DNA of 57,977 nt, from positions 1 to 57,977 of IMG/VR virus record IMGVR_UViG_3300042527_000500. One strand, written 5' to 3'. The stretch's first letter is position 1, and each line of letters starts with the position of its first letter. Shown piece by piece: positions 20,207 to 33,422 of this stretch. A program made the translations under genes and the position numbers. The stretch is from a virus. Taxonomy: Duplodnaviria > Caudoviricetes. The notes under the pieces are model-generated. The model saw only the letters and a program-made list of their open reading frames with translations, did no database searches and had not been told where the DNA came from.

Positions 20207-21102
20207 AATACAATAGATTCAAATTTTTCAATAGCGTAATCTTTGCCTTTGAGTTCCATATCAATATCAAATTCTAGTCCATAGTTATCGAATGGATTTT
20301 CAGCATAGTCGGCATGAGCCCTTGGATTATTACCTTCTCTACTTTCGCTATAATGAAATAGAGGACGAGTTTGCCAAGTATCATAACACATATTGATAGC
20401 CTCAACTTCTGTCAAATTATTAGGATGACACTTATGATGAAGATAGTCGAAACAAATCGGGATACGAGTAATAGGATGAAAAATGTCCACCAACTCGCGT
20501 ACACTCCAGCAATTAAGTTTGTCGTCATTCTCAATAGTGAGTCGTGCCTGACAATTTTCGTCTAGACGCTTAAAATTTTCATAAAAACGGTGACTAATTT
20601 CTTCTCTAGTGCCATTGTTATTATGAACGTGCAAATTCATTGGACTGTTAGTATTTGCTGGCAAGCCGATTCTGTCGAAGAAACTGCTGTAGAAGTTGAG
20701 TTCGGTAATTGTTTTTTCCACAACTTTATTGGTGAGACTTGAGAGTGAATTAAACTCGCTAGGGTGACAAGAAACGCGAACATTACTAGCGGTAATAGTT
20801 TGTGCAATATTATCAAACTCATCTTGAATGTCATCATGGTTTGGTAAATCCTCTAGACTAACATTGGCCTCATCATAAGTAATCAGTGGAAAAATATCAC
20901 TACTAACACGATAAACATAATCGTTCTGTCCACAAAACTCAATAGTTTTACGAGTTGTCACAAGATTATTGAGAATTCTGTCACCAAGAGTTGATAGTGC
21001 TTCCTCTCGCGGCAAAGAATTAAATCTTTTAAAGGTCATGGTTTTATGACCAATTCCTTGTTCTTTAAGTTTCAATGAAATACAACACAAACCGTATCGC
21101 AT
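20191..21102 (-). CDS. uvsE: UV damage endonuclease
   Basis: MRYGLCC (GGAGG SD), YRVSSDIFP, SCHP, TIENDD, FDYLHH, HYSES, AHAD, ELKGKD. Confidence 0.92.
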   Translation of the reverse strand: MRYGLCCISLKLKEQGIGHKTMTFKRFNSLPREEALSTLGDRILNNLVTTRKTIEFCGQNDYVYRVSSDIFPLITYDEANVSLEDLPNHDDIQDEFDNIAQTITASNVRVSCHPSEFNSLSSLTNKVVEKTITELNFYSSFFDRIGLPANTNSPMNLHVHNNNGTREEISHRFYENFKRLDENCQARLTIENDDKLNCWSVRELVDIFHPITRIPICFDYLHHKCHPNNLTEVEAINMCYDTWQTRPLFHYSESREGNNPRAHADYAENPFDNYGLEFDIDMELKGKDYAIEKFESIVLCQKV

Positions 21103-21119
21103 ATTAGCCTCCAAATGGG

Positions 21120-21147
21120 AGTATACCATACTATCGTCTTTTGTCAA
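21120..21147 (-). promoter_or_regulatory. sigma70-type promoter with GACGATA box
   Basis: TTGACA-16-TATACT. Confidence 0.75.
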
Positions 21148-21862
21148 GCGAAACTATACCCTTTTCTCTGTCAGATTTGGAATCTTTAACAGGGTGGTGG
21201 ATAAGGTGGTCGCTTATATCTGATTCTACCATAATAGGATTATATCTAAAGTTTCCTATATATTTATTTAGAATACTACTTTCAATATAATTAATATAAG
21301 ATAAATTATGTTCTAAACATAGTGAAGCAAACAGTACTTCATGAAAATTAAACAGATTGTGTTGCTCTCTATAAGACAATATCTTCTTTATTAGAGTTTT
21401 AGATAATCTACATAAAGGATTAAAAGATTGATGAGGATTATTAAATTGATTAATATAGTCTTCTTTCCAGTGCTGCCATTTTGGATGATTAGATTTTGGT
21501 CGAATTTTTTTAGTTATTAAATCAACCGTAAATATAGACTGTGCATCAGTAATGAATGAAATCAATGTTTCATAATTTTTGCTATAAACATCGTCCTCTA
21601 TAAAATAGAAATAATCATATTGTTCTAGTAAATTATATTGTACAATAGTATAGAAAGATTTATCCCAAGCACTAGGCTTTTTTATGTATGGTGATCTAGT
21701 TAAATTATAAAAACCATCAGATAAGAGTTGTGAATCATCTTCGATAGAACATAAATCGCAAATTATACGATATTCTATATTTTTTTGAGATAAGGCTTTT
21801 GCGTATTCATTACTTTTATGAGAAAAATCTTTACATAAAATAAATACAATAAAATTATTCAT
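21131..21862 (-). CDS. glycosyltransferase-like protein
   Basis: YDYFYFIEDDVY (DxD-like), FHEVLF, HHPVK; AT-rich. Confidence 0.55.
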   Translation of the reverse strand: MNNFIVFILCKDFSHKSNEYAKALSQKNIEYRIICDLCSIEDDSQLLSDGFYNLTRSPYIKKPSAWDKSFYTIVQYNLLEQYDYFYFIEDDVYSKNYETLISFITDAQSIFTVDLITKKIRPKSNHPKWQHWKEDYINQFNNPHQSFNPLCRLSKTLIKKILSYREQHNLFNFHEVLFASLCLEHNLSYINYIESSILNKYIGNFRYNPIMVESDISDHLIHHPVKDSKSDREKGIVSLDKRR

Positions 21863-22023
21863 TAATTATTTCTACAGAATATATTTTGAGTATTTTATAA
21901 TCTAAAATAAAACATTTATTAAAAGAATCAATAGCATCGTCTTTCGATGATGCAGAAACAACGTGGTTCATCAGAAGTGTTTGTTTATAAATATCATACT
22001 TATTATAAACTTGAGCAGTAACA

Positions 22024-22671
22024 TTATACTGTTTCATTTCTCCAACCTAAAGCCTCTCCAATAGTAGGAAATTGTTCGATAAAAATTTGTTTACATTCGT
22101 TAGCAATAGTCATATGCTCTTTTTGAGTACCATGACCAGAACGTAGTTCAATATAATGTATCCATGAACGTGCCGTCCCGCTCATATAAAGTCTTGTAGG
22201 AGTTGCTAGTGGTAATATAAATCTGGCACATTCTTTAGCAATACCATCTTTAATCATATCGTCATATAGTGCTTTAGCCTTACCAAAATGCTCACGAATT
22301 TTTGTATGCCATTTTGCTCGTATTTCATCACCAATATCGTCAATACTATTTTGTCTGTTTTTGTTATCTTGACGGCGAAGTTCAAACAATGGAATTTCTT
22401 CTGCTAAAAGAGTTGTATCAGCATAACGCTGACTGAATTCTTGAAATGTGAAACTTCTGTGACGAAGAATCTGAGCAGCAAGTCCTCTTGTTGTATTAAT
22501 CTCTACAGTCATAAACCCATGCTCAAAAATACTCCAATGCTGATGATCTATACAATATTTAAGTAATTTAGCATAGTTTTCGTTATTTTGATTAGATGGA
22601 TTACTTACTCTGGCACAATAAGCCATTAACTTTTCGGCGTCCGGGGTAACACTAACTAATTTTACGTTCAT
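22024..22671 (-). CDS. thyX: FAD-dependent thymidylate synthase
   Basis: [39 protein letters not shown]. Confidence 0.97.
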   Translation of the reverse strand: MNVKLVSVTPDAEKLMAYCARVSNPSNQNNENYAKLLKYCIDHQHWSIFEHGFMTVEINTTRGLAAQILRHRSFTFQEFSQRYADTTLLAEEIPLFELRRQDNKNRQNSIDDIGDEIRAKWHTKIREHFGKAKALYDDMIKDGIAKECARFILPLATPTRLYMSGTARSWIHYIELRSGHGTQKEHMTIANECKQIFIEQFPTIGEALGWRNETV

Positions 22672-23798
22672 ATTTGATCCTCTGTGTATAATATCTCAAA
22701 CTCTTCTAGTGGACAAAGTTCTTCATCCCAAAAACCATTTCGTAATCCTCGACCAAGTATGTGTCCTGCTTTAGCCCAAACATTATCATAATCTTCTTTT
22801 GATATCCTCTTTGAAGTTCTTCCCCAATCGCATATTGTAGCGTCAAAAACCTCAGTACCAACATCAAACCATTCGTTTTCTTTTGATATAAATTTAACGT
22901 ATTTCATTTTTATTAGTATTTAATGTTTTGGTTATTTTATCCCATACCGGCTTAAAAAAATAAACAGCAATTACGCTGGATATGCCACTAATTATTCCAT
23001 TAAAAACAGGAGTTGTAACAACAACTGGTACTAAGCATTGGTTTTCAACCTCATTATTCTGCTGTTGAGAATTTTGCATCTTCTTTATTTTCTCTGAAGT
23101 TTTTTTGATGTTCTATCCATTTATTATTAGAAATATTATTATATATTGCTGTAGCTACTTTACTTACGCTTAACTCCACTCCACTCACATTAGGATCATC
23201 ATTTTTCATCCAATAATAACTAGCACCATTGATACTATCATCCTTCTCTTTCAGAATAGAGTAACCCCAAGTTTTTGCCCAACTTTTAACTTCTGTAATT
23301 TTAAACATAATCAGCATCCCATATTATCTGTTCTTTTTGGTTTATTAAGATGATCAGTGAATATTGATTCATCTTTGTCATATCTTTTCCAGGCTACTTT
23401 ATGTTTCATAGCCACAATGGTTTTTGTTTGTTCTGCAATATATTTGCGTTGATAATCAATAAGATTCCATAACTCTTTAATATAATCTAAACACTCATCG
23501 TTTTTATATTTACTTAGTATTGTATTGACAGTTGAACTACTCATAGGCTCATACTTTAGAGTCATATCAAACTCTTGACCCCAATCATCTGGATTATACA
23601 TTGGACTCATTTTTGAAGATACTCCGCAGCAGTGACTTTTTTCTTATAACTAAATCCAGCAGCAAAACCTGCCATATATAACTTTTTCATAACTCCAACG
23701 TGTTGTTTATTATTTTGGATAAAGTCTAAATTTTGAGCCACCCATTCGTGATAACTCTTTTCTTCATCACACAATTCAGTATCTTCTGGATCATACAT
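22668..23798 (-). other. run of small hypothetical CDS (22668-22907, 22894-23079, 23054-23317, 23311-23610, 23607-23798)
   Basis: Overlapping or abutting ORFs. Confidence 0.55.
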
Positions 23799-24418
23799 TA
23801 TTTTTTGACCTTTTCCACATTATATTTGTTAAAGATATTATTTACTCCAGCAATAATTGACGGGCAAGTATTATTAATTAACTGATTGTCATCATTGTCT
23901 GTGATATAAGCCTGAATTTCGTCATATAAAACTTCTTCACAGTATCCTTTGTCTAAAATATATTTAGTGGTTTGTTTAATCTTATTCTTATTTTTATTTA
24001 GAAATTTATTTATTTCATTACGATATTTATCGTTAGAAGCATACAAAGCATGGGACAATTCATGTCTTAATGTGCTACTATTTTGTGCTCCTATAATATA
24101 GAAATTATCACTACGATATTTAAATAAATCTAATAATCTTTGTTCTTCTATTGTTAGTGGATCAAATAAACCTTCTTTAAAAGGAATCAAAGCATTACTT
24201 GGAAGATTAAATCCTACCCAGGTTGTATGATAGTTATTTGCACCATAAGTTTCAGAATACCATCGTTTCAATTGTCCTAGTGTAAAGATTTTTCCTTTAA
24301 ATTCTGGGTTAGCACTTTCATAATATTCTTGAAAACGCATAAAAGTTAAGCCCAATTCTTCCTGAGAATCTGCCCAAACCCAAACACTATTATAGGGTTT
24401 TTTTATGCAATTAATCAT
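23798..24418 (-). CDS. hypothetical protein with HExxH motif
   Basis: LRHELSHALY..DEIQAY. Confidence 0.55.
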   Translation of the reverse strand: MINCIKKPYNSVWVWADSQEELGLTFMRFQEYYESANPEFKGKIFTLGQLKRWYSETYGANNYHTTWVGFNLPSNALIPFKEGLFDPLTIEEQRLLDLFKYRSDNFYIIGAQNSSTLRHELSHALYASNDKYRNEINKFLNKNKNKIKQTTKYILDKGYCEEVLYDEIQAYITDNDDNQLINNTCPSIIAGVNNIFNKYNVEKVKK

Positions 24419-24892
24419 TATTTATCCCACATAAGGAATCGTGACCCTTGTTCATATAAGCATCATAGGCATTTTCAAGATGTTCAGCAAGAGACAATTT
24501 CCAAAGCGGAGAAGTATTATTAGAGTTTATAGAATCATCCACAATCTCTATCAAACATTGTAGAGTTTGTCCAAATCCTATTTTATCTATTTGTTTTTTT
24601 ATTTTGTCATTATTTTTCATGGTAAAATTTTATCTGAATCGTTGAGCGGCGGGTCTTGTTTAATCTGGCCCGAACTGTAGTCCATGTACTTAAAGTTTGC
24701 CCTACACAAGTCAACAGCATCGTATACTGCTTGATTTAGCGGAGTATGACCCTTGATCGCACGTTCTAAATTGGTTCGTATAGTAGCCACAACTTTAATT
24801 AGTTGGGAATTTTTTTCTTCCATACGCTTAATAATATTATCTTTTTCAATCAAAGAACTTTGAATGGTATTAATAGCGTCAACAGTGTTCAT
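24411..24892 (-). other. two small CDS (24411-24620, 24617-24892)
   Basis: Second start moved to MNTVDA, downstream of the promoter. Confidence 0.55.
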
Positions 24893-24916
24893 ATATTGTC
24901 TCCAATGGTTCTCTAT

Positions 24917-24945
24917 AGTATACCATATCGACAATCCGCTGTCAA
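24917..24945 (-). promoter_or_regulatory. nested sigma70/sigma28-like promoter
   Basis: TTGACA-17-TATACT; TAAA-16-GTCGATAT. Confidence 0.75.
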
Positions 24946-24952
24946 GACTTTA

Positions 24953-24983
24953 GGGGGCTACGGATTAATATTCCGCAACCCCC
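24953..24983 (-). terminator. GC-rich hairpin, terminator-like
   Basis: GGGGGTTGCGGA/TCCGTAGCCCCC; weak U-tract. Confidence 0.55.
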
Positions 24984-25021
24984 TTAGTCAAAGTCAATCT
25001 TGATAGATTAGATAATACAAA

Positions 25022-25366
25022 TTACCTAGAATATCGACGGCAACAATACCAGCGACCATCTCTACCCTGTGCATATCCAACATCAACAGTTGTCATACCA
25101 CTATTAGCAAAACAACAATTATTATATGCTTGTTGCTGAGAAAATCCACTACCACATCCTTCATAACCAGAATTTCCACCAAAATGACCCACGGTTCCTC
25201 TTGATGCCATAATTTCGGCAACACCTTGTGCTGTTGAGTTATTTCCAGATGAGTTATTTGTGTAAGAATAAACCTTATTACCATTATTAGAATAGTATCT
25301 TGGTCGTGCCTCACAAACTCCAGCGATCAATCCTGTAAACATTAGTCCTAAAATAAACTTTTTCAT
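25022..25366 (-). CDS. secreted Cys-rich protein, minimal CAP/SCP-like, planctomycete style
   Basis: Signal peptide ..VCEA; MASRGTVGHFGG..YEGCG..NCCF..DVGYAQGRDGRWYCCRRY. Confidence 0.6.
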   Translation of the reverse strand: MKKFILGLMFTGLIAGVCEARPRYYSNNGNKVYSYTNNSSGNNSTAQGVAEIMASRGTVGHFGGNSGYEGCGSGFSQQQAYNNCCFANSGMTTVDVGYAQGRDGRWYCCRRYSR

Positions 25367-25382
25367 ATTTTCCTCCTTGAAA

Positions 25383-28300
25383 TTAGTAAATTTTTTCTTC
25401 TATCCATGTTACTTTATTCGGTCCTTTATCTTGATCTAGAATCATCCTCCTTTCTTCTCTTAGAACAGCGATCTCTTTACGTTGAATACGAATTTCATCT
25501 TTTAAAGATTCAACAAGATTTTTAAGGCTCTCATTTTCCCTTATCAAAGAATTAATATAATCATCAATGTCCACTAGGCCACTCTTTTTCTAATTTGTCC
25601 AATGTAAAACGAACAGTTCCATCATTATAGTAACAATCATAAGTTTGTTCTGTTACTATTTCGTTATATTTAATGGGCCACGCTCCATGTAAAACATTCA
25701 TAATAGTTTGACCATAACGCCAATCAAAACTATGTTCATGATATGTTTTATCAACAAGATCTAAAAATTCTTTAAATGATATCATAGAATTGCTCCACCA
25801 TAAAATAATTCCATACCAATAGAGTGTTCATGTCCTTCATTAATTATAATATGATTGTCATCAATAACTGTTATATTCTCAGTTGTCCATAATATGTGAC
25901 CAACCTTCATATCATTTTCAAAGAAGAAAATATTTTGTCCACTAAATTTCCAGCGATTATAATCATGGGCTTGACCATCATGTATTAATCTAACCACACT
26001 AACGCCGTCAAACTTATTTTTTTCTTTAATCCAGTCAGAGAAAGCAATCATTCTACACTATACCATTCTTCAAATTCTAGTAAATATATTTCGGCAAATG
26101 GCTCAGTAGAACCATTAACACTATTGCCTAAAATCGGTAGTTCTTTGTCTTGTTCCATTTTCTTGCAGGATCACGCCTTTTGGGTTTGCTATGATGAGTA
26201 ACTCTTATTGTCTGCTCAACAGTATAAGGATACATATCATTATACATGACAAACTCTGTTGGAGCAACAGGAGTCATGGTTTTAGGTTCATGTAAATCAG
26301 TAAAGTTATCCCATAATTGTTTAAAAATATTCATTTGATCATCCTAAAATAGTCAACAACCATTCCTGCCGTATCTGGTACATTATTTCCACCCATATAA
26401 TGACGCCCAACTATATCAAAAAGTTTATCAATGTTTTCGTCTTTGAAATATTCTTTATGATATTTTGGTTTGTATTCTAAATGAATATAGTCTCCAACAT
26501 CATTATAAAAATCAGTAATATCGTTATATATTTTTTCATTCATGTCCACAAATCCTTTCGTATATTAATAAGACTAATAAGCATTTTATTATCTTCCTCA
26601 TACCACTTATCTAGGTGTGGATTTTTACGGTTTGGTCTTTTTTCTGTCCACCAAATATACAAACGCTTAATTTCTTTGCAACTTTTAGCGAAAGGAGTTA
26701 GTTTGTTTTTGTATTTGTCTTTGATTCCCCACTCTAAATAATCCAATCCGGCTTGTTTACATGATCCATTCTTGAATTTGTAACGATGTTTAACTTCTTC
26801 TGGTTTTCCATAAATCCAAGCACATTCTGTTTCAACAAAAATTACCAACTCATTAAATAAGCCATGAAGAATCCTATAATCAAGATCATAATATTCTCCC
26901 GGCTTTAATCCAGTGTGCAAATAATGAAGTTTATCAAAATAACGATTTCTAATATAAGTTTTTATTGTATGATAAATATCATATGGATAATAGATTGTAT
27001 TCTGTAATTTTTTCAAACCAGTTTCAGCAATCCAATATCGAACAGGATGTTTCTGTTTTGCAGATTCGTGCCATTGATCCCATTCGTCCCATCCAAGAGC
27101 GTATGGTTTCTTTGTTCCTCTGATAAAATCAGCGAACTTTGAGCAAGTCCAGTGATGAAAACGCGGGTGAATCATATTAGCCTCCAATAACTATTGGTAT
27201 TATTTTCCAACCCATATCAGCAATATCTTTTTCTACTTCGTCAGTAACGTGTCCTTCATTACCAGAAAGATACCAATCAATATAATCACCTTTCTCTAAG
27301 ATATGAGAGATTATACCACCTGCGGTTCTCCAAGTATAGGAACAAATTTTATCTATTTTTGTAAACTCGTTATTGCATAATGCAGCATATAAGTCCTTAC
27401 AATAATTCTCTGAACTTACACATTTATTATGAATATAGTCACTAGTTCGTAGTTCATATTCTAAATCTGGTAAATCTGTTGTTGGAATAACATCCTCGCT
27501 TTTTACTTTTTCCAAAAAAGATTTCCATTCGTCATAATTTTCTTGAGTTATTTTACCTTCCTCAAGATTTTTCTTGTCGCATTGTAAATGAAAAGAATAT
27601 CGTTCTGGACTAGTGCGATATTTCATATATGTATATTACTTTTCTTCAAGAAATATATTACTGTTCGTGCTAGTATAATACCAAGACTAACCTCAAATAT
27701 TTTGGATAGACTCAGGTATAACATAACTCTTTGGCTTTCTTTGGTATCCTAGAAATACTTGGCTAGTTATAACCCCCATACCAACTACGAGGGTTACAAC
27801 TATGCCAACTATAAATATGGCAAAATTGCTCATTTCAGCAAATTCCCCAAACTAAGAATACTGGGAACCCACAGACCCACGAAAATAGCCTGATGCTTAT
27901 TTACGTCTGCATCTCCCAAGAACCATAAAGTAACACTAAAAACAAAACTACCAAAAGCCGCCAGTAGAAAATAATTCTCACTCTTCATAAATCAACCTTT
28001 CTTAATTTAAGTCCTAATTTCTCTGAGTATTTTTCGTGCCAACGCAGCACCACCCACTATTCTTCCTTCTGTATAATCATCCAAACCATACCCAACGGTA
28101 CTTTCTCTTTTCTTCTGTTTCTGTATTGCTTCAAGACACAATTTTTCCACAATAAGTTTAAGTTGATCGTACTGTTTTGTATTCTTCATTCTTGTATCAT
28201 TCTTCCATTACGAACATTATAATAAACCACCTTACCAGATGATCTAATATAGGATCGCCCACCATCAATCATATTTCCACTATCGAAACTCTTATAATCA

Positions 28301-28587
28301 TGGTGGAATTGAGAATACTGTAAATCTCCATCGTTATCCTCAACCATACCAAAAGTTAGTTTTTCTACATCATCAGCATTGCCAATATAAGTTTTGTTAT
28401 TATGGATTCTTATAGAGAAGTATTTGTTGCCAAAATCTGGATGAGGAGTTTCTCTATAAAAAATATCTGCTGGACTGTCATCGCTATTTAGATCAGTTGT
28501 GCAGACATAGGTGATGGGAACATTATCTTTTTGAGAATAATGCTCAATTACTTTATCAATATTAGTAATAGGAAAATGTTTAATCAT
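25383..28587 (-). other. run of hypothetical CDS (25383-25574, 25564-25785, 25782-26051, 26128-26334, 26331-26549, 26540-27175, 27177-27626, 28007-28189, 28186-28587)
   Basis: Dense co-oriented ORFs, many with ATGA overlaps. Confidence 0.55.
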
Positions 28588-29252
28588 ATAAATGTTTTCA
28601 ACTCAATACTTCCGTTAGTTATTTCCAGATAGGTGCATTTCTTTTCTGTCCAGCATCCACTATTAGCATACAACACGGCATGGTTTTTGTCAAGAGTCGC
28701 ATTATGAGTATGACCTACACAAACACCATCTACTCCATTAGAAATAGCATATTCTCTGGACTTTGACATAATATGTTCTGTTGATCTTAAATAGATTTTG
28801 GATCTTTGTTTAATAAATTGTGGCAAAAACCTTTTATCTATCTTTTGTATTAGTCGATAAATAAAATCAGCAACTTTTGTGGTGTTAGGATACTTATAAA
28901 TAAAATCATCAAACTGGTCGCCGTGCAAACAAATAAACTTTTTATCTCCGCTAGTGAGAAGGTATTCATTTTTAAAGTCAAGGCCAATTAGATGAGAAAT
29001 AGTTTCTGCCTCACCATCGTGATTTCCTCGTATCCAAACTATCTCAACATATTTACTCATTCTACGAAGTAAGGACAATATTTTCCAGTGATTTTTTCTT
29101 AGTCTACGAAAATCTAGATTATCAAAAAAATCTCCATTAATAATTAGTCTATTTGTTTTACTGTATGCTCGTTCTAGAAAAGAATACAATTGTTTGCTTT
29201 CACAAACATCGCTTCCTAAATGAGTATCACTTATTATTATTGCGTCCAGCAT
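28584..29252 (-). CDS. LpxH-like metallophosphoesterase
   Basis: ISDTHLG, NGDFFD, GNHD, HGDQFD, GHTH, NSGCW. Confidence 0.85.
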   Translation of the reverse strand: MLDAIIISDTHLGSDVCESKQLYSFLERAYSKTNRLIINGDFFDNLDFRRLRKNHWKILSLLRRMSKYVEIVWIRGNHDGEAETISHLIGLDFKNEYLLTSGDKKFICLHGDQFDDFIYKYPNTTKVADFIYRLIQKIDKRFLPQFIKQRSKIYLRSTEHIMSKSREYAISNGVDGVCVGHTHNATLDKNHAVLYANSGCWTEKKCTYLEITNGSIELKTFI

Positions 29253-29363
29253 TTATTTTGGTACTTCCTTTAATATATCTTGGTATGTATGGACAATTTA
29301 AACATTTTCGTCCACAACATTCTCCTCGACTAATTAAAAACTCTTTAGTTAATGGTTTACTCA

Positions 29364-32300
29364 TTAGCCAGGAAACTCTGCTGGAAAATCTAATTTTTTA
29401 TTAGGATTATACTGATCAAGTTGATGAACCTGAGTAAAAGTATCCATCAACTTTTGAGTATGAAGTTTAAGCATTACCGCTAGACCATCAAGAGCATTAA
29501 CAATTTCATCATTAGTCATACCAACTTCCATGATACCATAACTAATATCGTTAAGAGTATCAATAAAGTTATATGTGTGATTAATCTTTTCTTCTAAGTC
29601 AAAACGGTCCATAGTGTCTCCTTTTAGGTTCAGTATACCATATTATCGGTAATTGTCAAACTAGTTCTTGATCTTTTTCTTAAATCTTTGACTTCTTCAT
29701 AAAGCAAATTAAATTGTTCTTCAGTAATTATTTCTATCTTAATTAGTCTATTAATAGAATCATTCATTACTTTCAGTCGTTCGTTTTGAACATAAACTGT
29801 ACTAAAAAATAATCCTATACTAAAATAGGCTATAAGAATAAGACAAAAATTTATGGTATCATTTTTCATTCAAGTCCACCGTTATTTCTGCTCCATCAAA
29901 AATATTAATATAATTAGAGTCCTGTGGATATTGAGATGGAATTGCTTGTTTTACAATTTTAAAATCAACTTTGAATATACCACTAATACCTTGAGAGTGA
30001 TATAGTTGTTTAATTAGTAAGTCCTTAACATCCTCTGCTGTTAAAGATATGTGTTTTCTATTGTGTATTTGCATATAGATTTTTGTCTTACGAACAAGAC
30101 TTAGCACTCTTTTTTCTTTCAAGATGCTTCAAAATACTCATATACTTTTCAGCATCAGACTGAGTATCAAATTCAGTCACAATAGTTTCGGCCTCGTTCC
30201 TGGGAATAACAATAGGCTGATTATTACGAGCAACAACAAACTTACCATTCTTCTCAATAACACTCAGATCAGAACTCATTTTAAACTCCATAGAAAGTGA
30301 AACGTACACCCTTAGTATATCACAGTATCGTCAATTGTCAACAGCATCCCTTAACTTTTTTATAGCAGAGTCGATAGTTTTAATAACGGTCCCGCTTAAT
30401 GCGTAGTCTTTTTTATAAGAGGCTAGTGCATCTAGTATCTTCCATGCTTCATTTTTAGTAAGATCAATATTCATATCTTATTTCCCATTTTATATTTAAA
30501 CGGAGGTTCAGTATTGGGCCAATATTTTTGCTGAGGATCTAGTTGAGGATAAAGAGACGGGTTTTTTGGTACAGCTTTTTCTGGATGATAATATACTTGC
30601 CTATGCAAACTTTCTACTCTATCTATCAGTTCCTTGACTTTTCGTTCAAGATTAAGTAATGATTCTAATACCACATCAATCTTTTGTTTAGTTGGCTTTT
30701 TCTTTTTAGTAATTTTCTTTTTCATAGTTTTTCTCCAGTATTATAGTCCTAATTCTTCGTCAAGATCAGTTAATTGCTGTAATGCTTCTAGTCTTTTTTG
30801 TTTTAGTGTGGATGATTCTTCAAGCATTTGTAATATCTTTCTCATGCTAGTATCAACAGTATAGCATAATTCTGCAACTTTACTATCGTGGTAATCAAAC
30901 TTAACTACTAACTGTTGAATTGTAGTACAGATATTTTTGATATTGATTATCTCTTTATCAGATAACACTATATTAATCTTTCTATTCTACCTTTTGGCCC
31001 ATCAACTATCTCCATCATCACTTTATTGCAGTCTAAAATTTCTTCGTATATTCCTTGAAAGTCTTGTGGAATTTTGTGATTACTATAAATCAGCGGCTTG
31101 AGTCGTTGTATAATATCATACTGCTCATTTATTACTGAACGTATATCTTTTATATCTTCTTCAGTCATTCTTTAAATCTCACCATGATATATGTTCCAAT
31201 AAATGCTCCAGATGCTAACGGAATTAAATAGTAAATATTTTTACTATATGATACTACTCCGAAAGCCAGCAGACTGTAAATTATAGCGGTAAGGAAAGCC
31301 GCAGTCAATGCTCGTTTCTTGTTCACGCTCATAATATACCAAGCATACAACATATCTATTACAACATAAGTAGCAAAGATACTAGCAGCAGTTAAATATG
31401 AGAAATCATCCATCACAAATACTCTATACCATCTAGAGGATCGTGATCGTAAGGGAAATTAAACGGACCTAAAACTTTTCGTCGTTTCTCTTTGAGAAAA
31501 GTTAACACTTCAAAGAAACAAGTTTCGCAAAGATCAATGTTATATCTGCTTCCATCATTAGACGAACCATATCCCCAGCAACTTTCAAGCGTTGCATAGT
31601 CTGGCCCAACATCATTATAATTTGTTGTACTTTTTCCACAAGCATCACAATGAACATCATCGACTACTTTGGTTGTTTTTTCTTTGAATGTTCTCATAGA
31701 TACTTATAGTCTTTCAGAATATTATACAAATTTTTTAATTCAACTTCATCAAGTCTAAGTTCATGTGGATCACTATTATTATAACTAAATACTCTAACCA
31801 AGTAAGGTTTCTTTTTCAAGTTAACATTATAATGAATTTCGATCAGATCAAACTCCAGAATTATTGTTCGTAGTTTGGTCATAACTTTTATTTCTACATT
31901 CGTCACAAAGCGTACTAATCCATCCACCCTTATTAGGTTGTCCTCTTTCTCCACAAATTTCACAAATCTTATAACTAAAACTCTCAGCCATACCAATTAA
32001 ACCATCAATATAATCATCTCCGCCAGAATGGTAAATTCTTAATCCACCAAACTTTTCTTTAACTTGGTCAAACTTTACAGGAATATAATCACTCTTATAT
32101 TCTGTATCAGTCTTTTGTTTAAATTCTGTTTGCCAAACAATATTTTTCTCATGCTGCTTTATCATGTAGCAGACATTAGCGATAATATCGTACCAACCTA
32201 AACTACACTCTACCCCGAAACTCATGCACGATTCTCGTCGGGACTTGTGGCGATTGCTAAACATTTCGGGATACTTCTCATAAAGAGTATTCCAAGATCG

Positions 32301-33040
32301 TATTTCTGTATCACTCATATTTCACCCGAATTGTGTCCACTTTCGTTCACTAATAATATCCTTAAACTTCTCACCAGCAGGAGTAAGTTGCACCATTCCA
32401 TCTACACAGAAAATACAACCATCCTTATCGCCAGGATTATCATATCTGCCGCCACCATCTTCATCATAACTATCAAAATACAGAGTGAGTCCTGTCTTTT
32501 TATTAAACGTATTTTTTAGAGCAATAACAAGTTTTTCATAGTCTTGAAAAATATCCTCAACAATTTCTTCTGCCATAAGTCCCAGTCTAATAACAGGCTT
32601 AGACTTATCATCAAGCACAGCATCAAACAAAGTATCCTTAATTCGCTCAGGATCATCCCATGCCAACCATTGACCAACAGTTTGCCAACCAACTTCCTTG
32701 AAATATTTAGCCTTTTCAAGAGCCTTGATTTCATCTGGGCAAATCTTTTTCAGATCCTTATATTCGATCACAAAAGACCCAACAGCAAAACTACCCATTC
32801 CCATGATTATTTCTCCAAGTTAATTTATTAAGTGGTAAGTTCTTTAAGATATTCGTCAATATCAGTCTGAAATTCACTATCAACACCCAAAACTATAGCA
32901 GCATGATAAAGAATATGATCGCGTGGATCATTACCGTCCACAATATATTCTTCGTATGAACTATGTTCGCAATCACTGTCCATAATATATCTGGCACATT
33001 CTTCAGCGGCAGACTTATAATCAACTGGTGACATAAACAT
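29364..33040 (-). other. run of small hypothetical CDS, including 31848-32318 (QVKEKFGGLRIY..CEICG), 32322-32804, 31413-31697 (CxxC) and 31165-31416 (membrane)
   Basis: Co-oriented ORFs from the track. Confidence 0.55.
30314..30341 (-). promoter_or_regulatory. nested promoter
   Basis: TTGACA-16-TATACT; GACGATAC box. Confidence 0.75.
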
Positions 33041-33422
33041 TCTCCAAAAGGGTGAGGTTGTTAGTAAAGATTATACCGCGTTTTCCACTAATGTCAAGAG
33101 GCTGGTCAAACTTTTCAACATACGAAACTACCCATCCGTATTTTGGCTTATCATTCCAACTATAAAGACGATCATCTTGTGATACTAGATGTTTATCATA
33201 GTCATTAATCCAAGAGGTCTTATTTGGATATTTAAAACTGCCACTAAAAGTAATAGTGCCAATAACTCTGGCCTTAAATTTTCCAAGTTTGCCCGGAGTC
33301 TCAACCAGATATAATGGATGGTTAACATACTTCATTGGAATGTGATAGGATCGTGTCTCTATGCTTTTCAGCCCATTAATTAAAAGACCGGCCCAAGGGG
33401 CTTGAACATTTAAACCAGTCAA
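33021..33422 (-). CDS. ASCH domain protein
   Basis: GLNVQAPWAGLLINGLKSIETRS..GKRGI. Confidence 0.85.
   Translation of the reverse strand: MTGLNVQAPWAGLLINGLKSIETRSYHIPMKYVNHPLYLVETPGKLGKFKARVIGTITFSGSFKYPNKTSWINDYDKHLVSQDDRLYSWNDKPKYGWVVSYVEKFDQPLDISGKRGIIFTNNLTLLENVYVTS

Noticed and set aside
21103-21147. TTG-initiated N-terminal extensions in the ORF track (uvsE, 33423-33674, 36025-36303, 39563-39805)
   Set aside because: The TTG is the -35 box of the promoter; the true starts lie downstream, in most cases after a clear SD.
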